The position numbers and the translations under genes are program-made. The notes under the pieces are model-generated. The model did not search any database, was not told the DNA's origin, and was given only the letters and a program-made list of their open reading frames with translations. Source: Candidatus Eiseniibacteriota bacterium (GTDB taxonomy: Bacteria; Eisenbacteria; RBG-16-71-46). From it: a DNA stretch of 64,000 nucleotides. Below are positions 28,572 to 39,092 of the stretch, in pieces. The stretch is from the NCBI GenBank assembly GCA_963744995.1, contig CAVUWA010000002.1, forward strand, positions 160,001 through 224,000, read 5' to 3'. Numbering within the stretch: the stretch's first letter is position 1; every line of letters starts with the position of its first letter.

Positions 28572-31142
28572 TCAGTCCAGCACCACGAACCGCCGCGCCA
28601 CCACGGACCCGCCGGCCTCGACGCGGCAGTAGTAGATGCCTGCCCGCAGGGACGTCGTTTCGAACGTGACGGTGTGCTCGCCGGCGGGCTGGAAGCTGTG
28701 GTCGAGCGGCGCGGCGATGCGGCGGCCGGCGATGTCGAAGATGCCGAGGCTGGCCGTTGCGGGCGAGGGCAGCGTGAAGGCGAAGCGCACGTCGCGGCGC
28801 ACGGGATTGGGCGTCAACTCCAGTGACACGCCGGCCCTCGATCGAGACGCGAGCCTCGTCGCACGACGCGACCCGTTCGGGGTCAGCGTCAGCGCCCCGA
28901 AGCCCCGCGCGGGATACCCGCTGAGGCGCGTGAACCGGCCCCCGACGTAGAGCACATCGTCCGTCACCGTGAGCGCTGACACGACATCGAACGGGTGCGC
29001 GAAACCGCCGCGCGTGTCCGGGTTCCACGGGAGCACGTTGCCGGTCGTCGCATCGATGGCACCGAGGTTGGCGCGAGGCGCGGCACCGATCGTGTCGAAC
29101 CTGCCGCCGACGAACAACGTGTTTCCGTGCATCGCCAGCGCGTTCGCCACGGGCTGCGATCCTACGATCAGCGAATGGTACTCGGCGTTGAGCGGGGGCA
29201 CCTGGCCGATCGGTCCGCCGGAGCCATCGAATGCGAGCAGCCCCCAGTGCTCGCGCACGTCGTACTGCCACGCTCCGACGAACGTGGCCGTGCCGTTGGA
29301 CAGGATCGATTGCGGGTAGAAGGACCTGATCGAGCGGAGCAGGCCGACGTCGGGCGTCCACATGGTGGCGAGCCCGGTCGTCCCATCGAGCTGGGCGACC
29401 GACGGGCGCCAGGCGCCGCCGATGGAGTCGAACGCGCCCGTCACGAAGAGCGTGTTGCCGAAGGCGCTCATGGCAGCGACCTGGCCGGACTTGAAGCGCA
29501 GGCCCGGATTCGGCGCCCATGGCAGCAGCACGCCTGTCAGGCCATCCACCGCGAAAAGGTTGCGCCGAGGAACACCGTTGATCGCGTTCACCGGGGCGGC
29601 GATGTACACCGTGTTCCCGATCGTGGCCATGCGGACGAGTGATGCGCTGATGTCGGCGACGTCGTCGGTCCACGGGTTCCAATCGGTCAGTTCTCCGGTC
29701 GTGCCATCGAACGCCGCGAAGTGCCCGCGCGGTTGGCCGTCGATGCTGGTGAAACGCCCCGCCGCGTAGACCCGGTCACCGCCCGCCACGAGCGTCACGT
29801 AGTACGGGGCGTCGAGCGTGGGATTCCATGGCAGCGCGCGACCCGTGGTCGCATCGAGCGCGGCGAGGCCCGCCCGCGGCTGCCAGTCGCCCATGCTCGT
29901 GAACTCCCCGCCGGCGATGACTGTATTGCCGTCGGCGGCGAGCGCCAGCGTCACGCCGTCGGCACGCGGATTCCACGACGTCGCGGCACCCGTCCGGACA
30001 TCGACGGCGGCGAGATTCGGCCGTCCGAGCCCGCCGAAGTCGTACAGGTAGCCGCCGACGTACAGCGTCTGGCCATGCATGGCCAGAGCCTTCGTCGCCC
30101 CCGCACCGATGTGGGCGTCGAAGGTCGTGGCCCTGGCGGTGTCGAGATCGAGTTCGGCGAGTGCGGTTCGGGAGGCCCCGCCCGCGGTGTCAAAGCCACC
30201 ACCGGCGAAGAGCGTGTGGCCCTGAACCACGATGCTTCGCACGTAGGGCCACACCCAGTCTCCATGTGCGATGTACCGGCGCAGCGGCCGCAGGCCCGCA
30301 TCCCACGGGGTCACGCTGCCGTCGTCGAGCGTCACCGCGGCGATCGAATTGCGCGGCTCGCCCCCCATGGAATCGAACTCGCCGCCGATCCAGGCCAGGT
30401 TCCGGGCGATCGCGATCGTCAGAACCGTGCCGTCGGCGGCCGGGTTCCAGGCGGTGATGCTCCCATCCGCCAGTCGAAACGCCGCGAGCCGTGACCTGTG
30501 CTGACCCGCCATCGTGACGAAGGTGCCGCCCACGAACAGCGTGCCGCGTTCGGCGACGAGCGCCGTGACCATCCCATCGGCCTGTGGATCCCAGGCAAGG
30601 GCGGCGCCGGTCGAAGCGCTGACGGCGACGATCGCGTGATGCGACTGGCCGCCGACGCTATCGAAGCGACCGCCGATGTAGAGCATGTCCCCATCGAGCG
30701 CCAGCGCCGAGACCGTGTGAATCGGGTTGATGATTCCGGACGTGATCACGTACTCCACGTCCTCGACGCCCGGATCCCACGTATCCACGGTGCCGTCGGC
30801 ACGGAGATGCGCGACGTTGTGGTGCGGCTGCCCCTCGACGGCCGTGAAGTCGCCGCCGACGAACCATCCTCCGTGTCCGTCGGAGACCACGGCATGGACG
30901 ATGCCGTTGACGCGTGGGAAGCGCGACCACGGCATGCCGCTCATGCGATCGATCGGTACCGCACCTCCCGTGGCGGGGCCAACACTCGAGAACGAACCCG
31001 CGACGTAGATGGTGTTCCCGGCGCGAGCGATGGAGGTGATCTCGCCATCGGTGCCCCAGAAGTCGGGCTGCAGGACCTGCGCCCGAGCCGGGACGGCAGC
31101 GGAAATCGCGAGAAGAACTGCGAGGAAAGGGCGACCGACCAT
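28572..31142 (-). CDS. Secreted beta-propeller repeat protein with T9SS type-A-like sorting tail
   Basis: Signal peptide ending ARA; about 13 repeats of V.ALA..G.TLYVGG.F..IGG..R..LAA.D..TG....WNP; tail PNPVRR...IFDIAGRRI...AGIYYCRV. Confidence 0.85.
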   Translation of the reverse strand: MVGRPFLAVLLAISAAVPARAQVLQPDFWGTDGEITSIARAGNTIYVAGSFSSVGPATGGAVPIDRMSGMPWSRFPRVNGIVHAVVSDGHGGWFVGGDFTAVEGQPHHNVAHLRADGTVDTWDPGVEDVEYVITSGIINPIHTVSALALDGDMLYIGGRFDSVGGQSHHAIVAVSASTGAALAWDPQADGMVTALVAERGTLFVGGTFVTMAGQHRSRLAAFRLADGSITAWNPAADGTVLTIAIARNLAWIGGEFDSMGGEPRNSIAAVTLDDGSVTPWDAGLRPLRRYIAHGDWVWPYVRSIVVQGHTLFAGGGFDTAGGASRTALAELDLDTARATTFDAHIGAGATKALAMHGQTLYVGGYLYDFGGLGRPNLAAVDVRTGAATSWNPRADGVTLALAADGNTVIAGGEFTSMGDWQPRAGLAALDATTGRALPWNPTLDAPYYVTLVAGGDRVYAAGRFTSIDGQPRGHFAAFDGTTGELTDWNPWTDDVADISASLVRMATIGNTVYIAAPVNAINGVPRRNLFAVDGLTGVLLPWAPNPGLRFKSGQVAAMSAFGNTLFVTGAFDSIGGAWRPSVAQLDGTTGLATMWTPDVGLLRSIRSFYPQSILSNGTATFVGAWQYDVREHWGLLAFDGSGGPIGQVPPLNAEYHSLIVGSQPVANALAMHGNTLFVGGRFDTIGAAPRANLGAIDATTGNVLPWNPDTRGGFAHPFDVVSALTVTDDVLYVGGRFTRLSGYPARGFGALTLTPNGSRRATRLASRSRAGVSLELTPNPVRRDVRFAFTLPSPATASLGIFDIAGRRIAAPLDHSFQPAGEHTVTFETTSLRAGIYYCRVEAGGSVVARRFVVLD

Positions 31143-31488
31143 GTGGATTTCCTTGTGGGCACCGGCGCCCAATACTATCCCGCCGCGCCCGACAAGGGAT
31201 CAATGAGGAATCGGCGTATGGAACGAAAGTCCCATGGCGAGCGTCCGGCGGGGGCAGGGCGGTCCGCGACGCGGGGGGCCGGCCGTTCACAGCGCCCCGA
31301 ATCGACGCCTTTCGAGGTGCGCCGCCACGGACAATTCCCTCCGAGCAGTGGGGTACTGTGATCAGGGCTAGGCCTGCATCAGGAATCCGTCCCGGGATGG
31401 ATTTGGAGCCGTCCCGCAACTGGCCCCGGGGCCAGTGATGATGCAAACCGCCCCCAGATCTGAAAGCCCGCGCCCGGTCAGGGCGAAC

Positions 31489-32706
31489 TCACCCGCCCAG
31501 CGCGAAGCGCTTCCCCGGATCCAGCGCGTCGCGCAGCGTCACCCGCATCTCGCGCACGGCGAGCGTTGCGACCGTCGGCTCCGGCATCGGCACACCACGG
31601 CGGTCGGTGACCTGGAAGCCGGCACCGGCGAGCGTTTCTTCCAGCGCAGGTGCCGCCGCCGGATCGGTGCGCACGTGCAGCTTCCCGGCGAGCGCGTGGA
31701 ATACGAGCGCCTCGGCGTGCGGCGTGCCGGCGAGCGGGGCGAGCGCGGCGGGGGAGTGCAGCGCCGTCACGAAGCTCACCCGCGGCGCCGGGTGCTCTTC
31801 CAGATCGGCGAGCGCATCCCACATCTCGAACGCGTCGTCGCCTTCGATGATGGCTTCGGGCTCGCCGAGCACGTTCTTCGCGGCCGCTTCCTGCTGCGCG
31901 AGCAGGTTCGCCTCGTCCTCGAAGCCTGCCACGACCACGAAATCGTGCGGTGTCGGCGTCGCGATGTGCAGCGTGCGCGCGACGTCGCGGCCGATGATGC
32001 TGAGCGCGGCAGGCTCCATGCGCGGGAAAGTCGCCCAGCGGGCGGGGTCGAAGACTTTGGCCGCCGATGTGCCGAACACCAGAAGGCGCCTGGTCTCCGG
32101 CTTCGGCATCAGCTTGAGGCTGGCTTCGACGATGATCGCGAGTCCGCCGCGCGAGCCGCACAGCAGGCGGTGGATCGCGTAGCCTGCGACGTTCTTCACC
32201 ACGCGCCCGCCGGTGCGTGCGAGCGTGCCGTCGCCGAGCACGAAGCGCGCGCCGAGGATCCGGTCCACCGGCGCACCGAAGCGCACGCGCCGCGCGCCCG
32301 AGGTGTTCGCCGCGAGCACGCCGCCGAGCGTCGCGATGCTCGACCGCGAGCCCTCGAGCGGCAGCTCCTGCCCGCGCGCCGCCAGCGCCTCGCGCAGCGC
32401 GCCGAGCGTGATACCGCACTCGGCGGTGATGGTGAGGTCGTCGGGGTCGTATTCGACGATGGAATTCAGGGCCGTGAGGTCGAGCGCGACATCGTAGCGC
32501 TCAGGCGCCGGCACCATGTGCAGCGAGACGCCGCCGCCCCACGGCACGATCTTGAGATCGTCGCGCGCCGCGGCGCGCACGGCTTCGATCAACTCGTCGC
32601 GGGAAGCAGGCCGGAGCGCGTGCTTCGGAACCGCGCCGGAGATCGCGTAAGAGGCAGGGTCCGCGACGCGGGCGGCGTCGAGGCCGAGGGCAGAGACGGC
32701 GTTCAT
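31489..32706 (-). CDS. glcE: Glycolate oxidase FAD-binding subunit GlcE-like
   Basis: IVEYDPDDLTITAECG, ATLGGVLA, GGRVVKNVAGY, LLCGSRGGL, LDP near C-terminus; downstream of glcD. Confidence 0.85.
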   Translation of the reverse strand: MNAVSALGLDAARVADPASYAISGAVPKHALRPASRDELIEAVRAAARDDLKIVPWGGGVSLHMVPAPERYDVALDLTALNSIVEYDPDDLTITAECGITLGALREALAARGQELPLEGSRSSIATLGGVLAANTSGARRVRFGAPVDRILGARFVLGDGTLARTGGRVVKNVAGYAIHRLLCGSRGGLAIIVEASLKLMPKPETRRLLVFGTSAAKVFDPARWATFPRMEPAALSIIGRDVARTLHIATPTPHDFVVVAGFEDEANLLAQQEAAAKNVLGEPEAIIEGDDAFEMWDALADLEEHPAPRVSFVTALHSPAALAPLAGTPHAEALVFHALAGKLHVRTDPAAAPALEETLAGAGFQVTDRRGVPMPEPTVATLAVREMRVTLRDALDPGKRFALGG

Positions 32707-32737
32707 GGCCGGCACTCCCGTTCGCAGGCGCGTGCCT

Positions 32738-34222
32738 TCATATCCACGGCCCTTCTCTGTCGGCCTGCGGCGTCATTCCACCCATCTGCGCCGGCCTCGC
32801 GGCACCGTTCGGGCCGTGCGCGTGCGCCTCGCCGCAGCCGGCGCCGCCGGGCAGGATCTTGCACGGGTTGAGCAGCCCGTCCGGGTTGAGCGCCTGACGC
32901 ACGCGTTCCATGACGGCAAGGTCTTCTTCGCCGAACAGCTCGCGCATCATGGACTTCTTCTCGAGTCCGATGCCGTGCTCGCCCGAGATCGTGCCGCCGA
33001 AGCGGATGCACATGCGCAGGATCTCGTGCGAGGCCTCGAGGGCTTTCGCCTGCTGCTCCGGGTCGCTGGCGTCGAACAGCACGTGCGGGTGCAGGTTGCC
33101 GTCGCCGGCGTGGAACACGTTGCCGGCTTCGAGCCCGCGCTCCCCGCACAGCCGGTACACGGTCTCCAGCGCCTCGGCGAGCTTCGTGCGCGGCACCACG
33201 CCGTCCATGATGTAGAAGCCGTTCGCCGTACGGCCGTAGGCGCCGAACGCCGACTTGCGGCCCCTCCACAGATCCGCGCGCTCGGCGTCGTCCTTCGCGA
33301 CCCGCACCGAGCGCGTCCCGTGCCGCTTCGCGATCCCGATCACGCGTTCGACCTGTGCCTCGAGCGACACCGCCGGGCCGTCCACCTCGATCAGCAGCAC
33401 GCCGCCCGCATCCACCGGGAGGCCGATGTGCAGCCATTCCTCGACGAGCGTCGTCGTGTGGCGGTCCATGATCTCCATGGCGGCGGGCACGATGCCGGCG
33501 GCGATCGTCGAAGTCACCGCACGGCACGCGTCCTCGACCGTGGTGAAGTCGAACAGCATCGTCTTCACCGCCTCGGGCACGGGCAGCAGCCGCACGCAGA
33601 TCTCGGTGACGATGCCGAGCGTGCCCTCGCTGCCGATCATCAGCGCCGCGAGGTCGTAGTCGGGCGCGTCGAACGCCTCGCCGCCGAGCGTGACCGCGCG
33701 GCCGTCGTGCAGCACGACGACGAGCCCCAGGATGTGATTGAGCGTCACGCCGTACTTCAGGCAGTGCGGCCCGCCCGAGTTCGCGGCGACGTTGCCGCCG
33801 ATGGTGCTGACCTGCTGCGACGACGGATCCGGCGCGTAGTAGAGGCCGTGCTCGGCGACCTGCTGCGACAGCCACAGGTTCACGAGTCCCGGCTGCACCC
33901 ATGCATACATGTTCTCGGGATCGACGCGCAGCACCCTGTCCATGCGGTTGACCGAGAGCACGATGCCCTTCTGCGCGGGGGTCGCCCCGCCCGCGAGCCC
34001 GGTGCCGGCGCCGCGCGGCGTGACCGGAATGCTGCGTGCCCGCGCCCAGCGCACGATCGCCGCGACGTCGTCGGCGGTGCGCGGCAGCACGACCACGTCG
34101 GGGGTCTCGCGTTCGAGCGTCAGGGCGTCGGCTTCGTAGGTGAAGCGGGCGGCTTCGGTGGCGAGCACGCCGTCGGCGCCCAGCAGAGCGCGCAGTTCGT
34201 CGAGCTGTTCACTGGAGATCAT
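32738..34222 (-). CDS. glcD: Glycolate oxidase FAD-linked subunit GlcD-like
   Basis: PRGAGTGLAGG, YAPDPSSQ, GGPHCLKYGVT, GSEGTLGI, HAGDGNLHP, GEHGIGLEK, LNPCK. Confidence 0.93.
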   Translation of the reverse strand: MISSEQLDELRALLGADGVLATEAARFTYEADALTLERETPDVVVLPRTADDVAAIVRWARARSIPVTPRGAGTGLAGGATPAQKGIVLSVNRMDRVLRVDPENMYAWVQPGLVNLWLSQQVAEHGLYYAPDPSSQQVSTIGGNVAANSGGPHCLKYGVTLNHILGLVVVLHDGRAVTLGGEAFDAPDYDLAALMIGSEGTLGIVTEICVRLLPVPEAVKTMLFDFTTVEDACRAVTSTIAAGIVPAAMEIMDRHTTTLVEEWLHIGLPVDAGGVLLIEVDGPAVSLEAQVERVIGIAKRHGTRSVRVAKDDAERADLWRGRKSAFGAYGRTANGFYIMDGVVPRTKLAEALETVYRLCGERGLEAGNVFHAGDGNLHPHVLFDASDPEQQAKALEASHEILRMCIRFGGTISGEHGIGLEKKSMMRELFGEEDLAVMERVRQALNPDGLLNPCKILPGGAGCGEAHAHGPNGAARPAQMGGMTPQADREGPWI

Positions 34223-34407
34223 GCAGCCAGAGTAGCACCGACCGTGGGGCGGCGAGCGGGCCGGAGAAGGCTCTCGCCGGACGCCCCGCAGGCGAGCAGG
34301 AGCCATGGATGGCGGGCTCGCCGAGGGAGAAGAGCGCGCCGGCAGGAGCCGGCGCGATTCTGGTCCGGCGAGAGCCTTCTCCGGCCCGCTCGCCGCCCAC
34401 CGAAGCT

Positions 34408-35631
34408 CTACGCCTTCACGCGCTCCAGCAGATCCTTCGAAAGCTGCGCGATCACCGCCTCCACCTGCGCGTAGCCGTGCTCGAGCAGGAAGAGCGGGCT
34501 GCGCCCGTACGACTTGTGGCCGAGCACGTAGAAGTCCGGTTCCGGATTCTTCAGCAGCTCGATGCCGGTGGCGGCCGCGTCCAGGCAGTCGGTCGCGCCG
34601 AGCAGCGTGGCCGAGAGGCTCATCAGGCCCTCGCTGGCCCAGCACTCGTGGATCTGAAGTTCGCGATGGATCGAGCGGTCCGGCGCGAAGCCGGTGTGCA
34701 CCAGCACGCGGTCGACTTCTTCGAGACGGCGCTCGTCGCCCACGGTGAGCGCGACGCGGTAGCGGTGGGTCGCTGAGTTGAACTCGAAACCGTCGACCTC
34801 GGCGCCGCCGATGTGCGCGATGGCGGGATTCGTGCCCGTGGCCAGCTCCCGGGCACGCGCGTAGAGCGTGCGCCGCACTTCCAGCGGATCGCCGGCGATC
34901 TCGGGGTAGACGTCGCTCGTGCGCGTCACCCACACCACCGAGGTGCCTTCGGCCTCAGCGGCCAGCTTCGCCAGGTCGGCGACCGAGGTCGCGGCGCTCG
35001 CGCCGGCGCCGATCACCATCGTGCGCTTGCCGGCGAACTGCGCGCGCCGCGCATCGAGCACGTCCACCAGGTGATAATCCAGCTGCGGCGCGAGGTAGAG
35101 TTCCTGCCGCGCCGGCAGCCCGCCTTCCCCCGCGCGCACCGGGTTCGCGTAGACGCCCGAGGCGTCGATCGCCGCGAACGCGTGCAGGAAGTTCTCGCGC
35201 CCGCCCTGGTCGCGCACCAGCAGGCGGAACGGTTGCCCGCGCCGCGCGCCGGTGCCGATCGCGTCGCCCTTGAGCATTGCGCGTCGCCCGATGGCGACCA
35301 CCTGCGCATGCGCATGCAGGCGCTCTTGCAGAACCGGCAGCGCCGCGGCCGGCTGCAGGCAGTGCGTCGCGAACTCGAGACCGGTCGGGTGCGTCCCGGC
35401 ATCCGGCATGGTCCAGCCCGCCGCCTTCAAGTATTTCGCGGTCACGGGACCGACGTTCATCCGCCACGGCGTGAACATGCGCACGTGGCCCCACGCGATC
35501 GGATGCGAGCCGGGCTCGCCCTGCTCGAAGACGTGCACGTCGAACCCGGCGTCGAGCGCGGCGAGCGCCGCCTCGATGCCGATGGGGCCGGCGCCGACGA
35601 TCGCGAGAGTGTTGCGGGCAGGCTGGGGCAT
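34408..35631 (-). CDS. FAD/NAD(P)-dependent oxidoreductase (flavoprotein monooxygenase-like)
   Basis: GAGPIG FAD motif, WGHVRMFTPW, IDASG, second GAGASA motif, LGHKSYGR. Confidence 0.85.
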   Translation of the reverse strand: MPQPARNTLAIVGAGPIGIEAALAALDAGFDVHVFEQGEPGSHPIAWGHVRMFTPWRMNVGPVTAKYLKAAGWTMPDAGTHPTGLEFATHCLQPAAALPVLQERLHAHAQVVAIGRRAMLKGDAIGTGARRGQPFRLLVRDQGGRENFLHAFAAIDASGVYANPVRAGEGGLPARQELYLAPQLDYHLVDVLDARRAQFAGKRTMVIGAGASAATSVADLAKLAAEAEGTSVVWVTRTSDVYPEIAGDPLEVRRTLYARARELATGTNPAIAHIGGAEVDGFEFNSATHRYRVALTVGDERRLEEVDRVLVHTGFAPDRSIHRELQIHECWASEGLMSLSATLLGATDCLDAAATGIELLKNPEPDFYVLGHKSYGRSPLFLLEHGYAQVEAVIAQLSKDLLERVKA

Positions 35632-35784
35632 GGAGGTTCCTGAAGGTATGGGGAGAGCCGGATCGCGGGGGCTCAATGGCGCTGTGCGCCGCCGCGACCG
35701 GCCTGACGTTCGATGCGATGTCGCGGCCGGCGCTGTGCGGCCCGCCGCCCGGCGGGGCGCGGCCCCGCGCGACGGCCTGCTACT

Positions 35785-36933
35785 CTACTCGAATTCGGCC
35801 ACGATCGGCGCATGGTCGGATGCGCGCCCCGGGCCGTCGAGGCCGGCGACCGTGAGGCCGCGCCCGTCGCGCCAGCCGCGGCCCGTGAACCAGTCGAGCC
35901 GCAGCCGGCCGCGTCGCTCGGCCCAGCCGAGCAGCGGCCGCGTCAGCGACCCCAGCATCCGGAGCCAGCGGCGGCCTTCGTCCACGCGGTCGAGGCGCAG
36001 CTGCAGGGTCGGCCGGAAATCGACGAACGGCTCCCACTCGAAGCCCGCCCCGCGCAGCACGTCGAACAGCGGCTCGTGGAAGCGGCCGCGATCGGGCCGC
36101 AGGAGCCGGCGCCGGAGCGCCCGCCCGGGCCAGGCGAGCAGCGCGCTCGATCCGCTGAGCGGCGAGTGCCAGAGCCCGCGATCGAAGGTATGCGAGTTGA
36201 AATCGCCGGCGAGGATGATCGGGCGCCTCACGTTCCGGAGCGCGTGGGTCAGCACCCGCATCTGCTCCGCGCGGTGCGCGCGCGTGCGATGCACTTCGAG
36301 GTGCACGGAGACCGCGACGAACGGCCCGCCCGGGCGGCGGATCTCGGCGACCAGCGCGACGAAGCGCCCGAACATGCGCTCGACGTCGAACTGGATCGCC
36401 TCGGGGCCCGGCAACCGTACCAGGTGGACGTCGCCGAACGGCCAGCGCGACAGGATCGCGATGCCGAACATCGCCTCTTCGTTCGCTCGTCCCGCGGCCA
36501 GGCGTGCGTCATCATCGCGGCCGGGCGTGGATTCCAGGAACATCGGCGCCCAGACGCCGAAGCGGCCGAGCGACTTCGCCAGGTCCGCGGCGACGTCGCG
36601 GTTCTCCGCGCGCGCCATGCCGACGTCGATCTCGTTGAAGGTCAGCAGGTCGGCGTCGCGCAGATCCGGGTGATGAAGGAGCGCATCCTCGATCTGCTCG
36701 TAGCGGTTGCCGTGCTCGATGTTCCAGTGCACGGCGTGCACGAGTTTTGGATCGTGCGGCGGCCCCGGCGACAGCGGCGGCTCGTGCAGCCGCACCGCCG
36801 ACAGCAGATGCTCGAGGCGTGGCTCGAGCTCCGGCCACTCGGCCGAGGCTTTGAGCGCGGCGAGCGTGGGATAGCGGATGAAGCGGCGGACGAGCTCGGC
36901 GCTCTCGGCGGCCGCGCGGGGGTCGCGGATCAT
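35785..36933 (-). CDS. Endonuclease/exonuclease/phosphatase family protein
   Basis: HWNIEHG, NEIDVGMAR, AILSRWP, VHLE, ILAGDFN, LDWF, SDHAPI. Confidence 0.88.
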   Translation of the reverse strand: MIRDPRAAAESAELVRRFIRYPTLAALKASAEWPELEPRLEHLLSAVRLHEPPLSPGPPHDPKLVHAVHWNIEHGNRYEQIEDALLHHPDLRDADLLTFNEIDVGMARAENRDVAADLAKSLGRFGVWAPMFLESTPGRDDDARLAAGRANEEAMFGIAILSRWPFGDVHLVRLPGPEAIQFDVERMFGRFVALVAEIRRPGGPFVAVSVHLEVHRTRAHRAEQMRVLTHALRNVRRPIILAGDFNSHTFDRGLWHSPLSGSSALLAWPGRALRRRLLRPDRGRFHEPLFDVLRGAGFEWEPFVDFRPTLQLRLDRVDEGRRWLRMLGSLTRPLLGWAERRGRLRLDWFTGRGWRDGRGLTVAGLDGPGRASDHAPIVAEFE

Positions 36934-37086
36934 GACGGGCCGGAAGCATACCAGCCCGGCCGCGCGGCGACATGCGCGCGTCCGGATGCGGCATCCGGGC
37001 GGCCGCAGCACCCACGAGCCTTGTCGGCGCCGGCGACGCGGCGATATCGTTCGCCTCCCACACCAGGCCGATCGGGAGGCTTGCAC

Positions 37087-37515
37087 ATGGATTCGCGTCA
37101 GTCGGGCGCCCGGTTTCTCGAAGCGCTGCGCCGGCGCTCGTTCGACGATCTCGAAGCGCTGCTTTCCCCGGAGGTGGAGTTCCGCATTCTGGTGCCGGCA
37201 GGGCTCAGGTACTGCACGGGCGCGGCGAAGACCGCCGACTACTTCCGCGGCTGGTTCGGCACGGGCACGGTCGAGCGGCGTCAGGACTGCAACGGCGAGC
37301 CCTACCCGGACATGCAGACGACCGCGTTCGCCGTGCTCGAGGACGGCGTGGGGGAGGCGGTCGAGCACCGCGTTCCGTTCCACTACCGTCTGGACCTGCA
37401 CAACAAACGCGGCCACTGCATGTGCCAGCAGAACGGGTTCCTGACGGTGGATCCGAGCGGCAGGATCGGGCGCCTCGACATCGTTTGCAGCGGGATCGTG
37501 CCGCTCGCATCCTGA
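37087..37515 (+). CDS. NTF2/SnoaL-like domain protein
   Basis: GGAGG RBS; FLEAL...DDLEALLSPEVEFRILVP...C.Q.GF...GRIGRLDIVCSG. Confidence 0.65.
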   Translation: MDSRQSGARFLEALRRRSFDDLEALLSPEVEFRILVPAGLRYCTGAAKTADYFRGWFGTGTVERRQDCNGEPYPDMQTTAFAVLEDGVGEAVEHRVPFHYRLDLHNKRGHCMCQQNGFLTVDPSGRIGRLDIVCSGIVPLAS

Positions 37516-37563
37516 GCCGCCATGCGGCGCGGCGCCGGCGGCTCCGCGCCACGATGGGCGCTC

Positions 37564-38787
37564 CTACTTCACGATCATGTGCGAGGCCCCGCCGCCGCTG
37601 ATCACCACGATCGCGTCGTAGGCCCAGATCTGCTCCTTCACCTGTTCGTTCAGATCCTTCCACGCGCCCGGTCTGTCCTTGAGCGGGCGCAGGTCGATGA
37701 GCGTCGCGCCCGTCGACGACAGGTAACGGGTCAGGAACCCGTAGTCCCTGGCGAAGACGTCGTCGCACGAGGTGACGTTGCCCATCAGATCCGCGCTCGC
37801 GCCGCCCGGGCCGCACACCATCAGGATGCTCACCGCGCCCGCATCGTCCGCGAGCGCCTGCTCGTACGCGAAGCTCGCCAGCGACGGCACGTGCGTGGGC
37901 GAGAGGCCGTTGGTCATGTGGTAGGCGCCGAACTTGAACAGAACCTTCGGCGGCGCGCCGTCGTGCCGTTCCGCATCGCGATAGCGTTCGAGAAACGTCT
38001 GCTTCATGAGCGTCTCACGAGCGAGGTTCGCCTTGTAGATGCTGCCGCCGCCGGCGACGAACGGACGGTAGATGCGCGCCGATTCGATCAGGGCTGCGGC
38101 GAGCTTGCCTGCCCGCACGTCGCCCGCAGCGCGCAGATCGCTCTCGAGCTGCAGCAGGCGTGACTGATCCACGGTGCCGAGGAACGAAAGGCTGTCCGCC
38201 TTCGCATCGCGGGCGAGCAGGGCGGCGTCGCTCTTCGCGTCCGCTCCGGTCGCGAGCCGCTCGATCTCCTCCAGCCAGGCATAGGCCGCGCCGATGAACG
38301 CCTGATCGAGTCCCCACAGCACGGGCCGATCCGCGGGGCCGTTGGCCAGCGCCGCGCGCAGGAAATCGGCTTCTTCGGCCCACGCATAGATCGGGATCGC
38401 GAACCGGTATCCATCCTGCTCCAGGTAATGCTTCAGCGCGTCCGGATCGCCCGAGCGCAGCAGCCGCTCGAGCTCGGCGGCGATGAACGGATCGGTCTCG
38501 ATCGCGGTGTAGCGGTAGCCGACCCGGCCGATCGTCTTCGCCAGCGCCGTCGAGAAACGCGCCATGCCGGCGATGCCGTGGTCCTCGCCGAGCAGCACGA
38601 AGCGCGAATAGCGCGCACGGGTGCGGATCCAGTCGGAACCGGCGCCGGCAAGGCCGCTGTCGGCGACCTGCATCGAGTGCATGGAGCGCTCGATGAGCGT
38701 GTCGAGCGGGGTGGCTGTGTCGGCGGCGGCGCTGCCGACGCCCGAAGCGAAAAGGGCGGCGAGTCCGATCACGACGATGAGCTTCAC
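37564..38787 (-). CDS. Secreted hypothetical protein, erythromycin-esterase/ChaN-like fold
   Basis: GTG after AGGGAG; signal peptide; FVLLGEDHG, AIET, WGLDQ, RETLMK, KFGAYH. Confidence 0.65.
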   Translation of the reverse strand: MKLIVVIGLAALFASGVGSAAADTATPLDTLIERSMHSMQVADSGLAGAGSDWIRTRARYSRFVLLGEDHGIAGMARFSTALAKTIGRVGYRYTAIETDPFIAAELERLLRSGDPDALKHYLEQDGYRFAIPIYAWAEEADFLRAALANGPADRPVLWGLDQAFIGAAYAWLEEIERLATGADAKSDAALLARDAKADSLSFLGTVDQSRLLQLESDLRAAGDVRAGKLAAALIESARIYRPFVAGGGSIYKANLARETLMKQTFLERYRDAERHDGAPPKVLFKFGAYHMTNGLSPTHVPSLASFAYEQALADDAGAVSILMVCGPGGASADLMGNVTSCDDVFARDYGFLTRYLSSTGATLIDLRPLKDRPGAWKDLNEQVKEQIWAYDAIVVISGGGASHMIVK

Positions 38788-39092
38788 GGCGTCTCCCTGG
38801 GTTCGGGTGAGCATGCAGGTCCGGCCGGGTCCCGGACATGGTATCGCGGTCGAGCGTCGCGTTCTAAGACGTCGTCCCGGCCCCGGTTGCGCGGCGGGCG
38901 CCGGGGTACCGGGATTGCGCCGGAACCCGGCGCGCGTCCCACGCATCGGAACGGGTCCGGCGGGCGCGCGCCAGCGCGCATGCACCGCGTTGCGACCCCG
39001 CCCGCGACCGCCTAGACTTCGAGTCGATTTCACGCCGCACATTTCGCGCCCGGCCGCGGGGCGCCGCCTTTCCCTGCAAGGAGACCGCCCAG

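Noticed and set aside
28529..31430. TGGCCCCGG on both sides of the propeller gene as a target-site duplication
   Set aside because: Only 9 bp of GC-rich identity and no recombinase or transposase nearby
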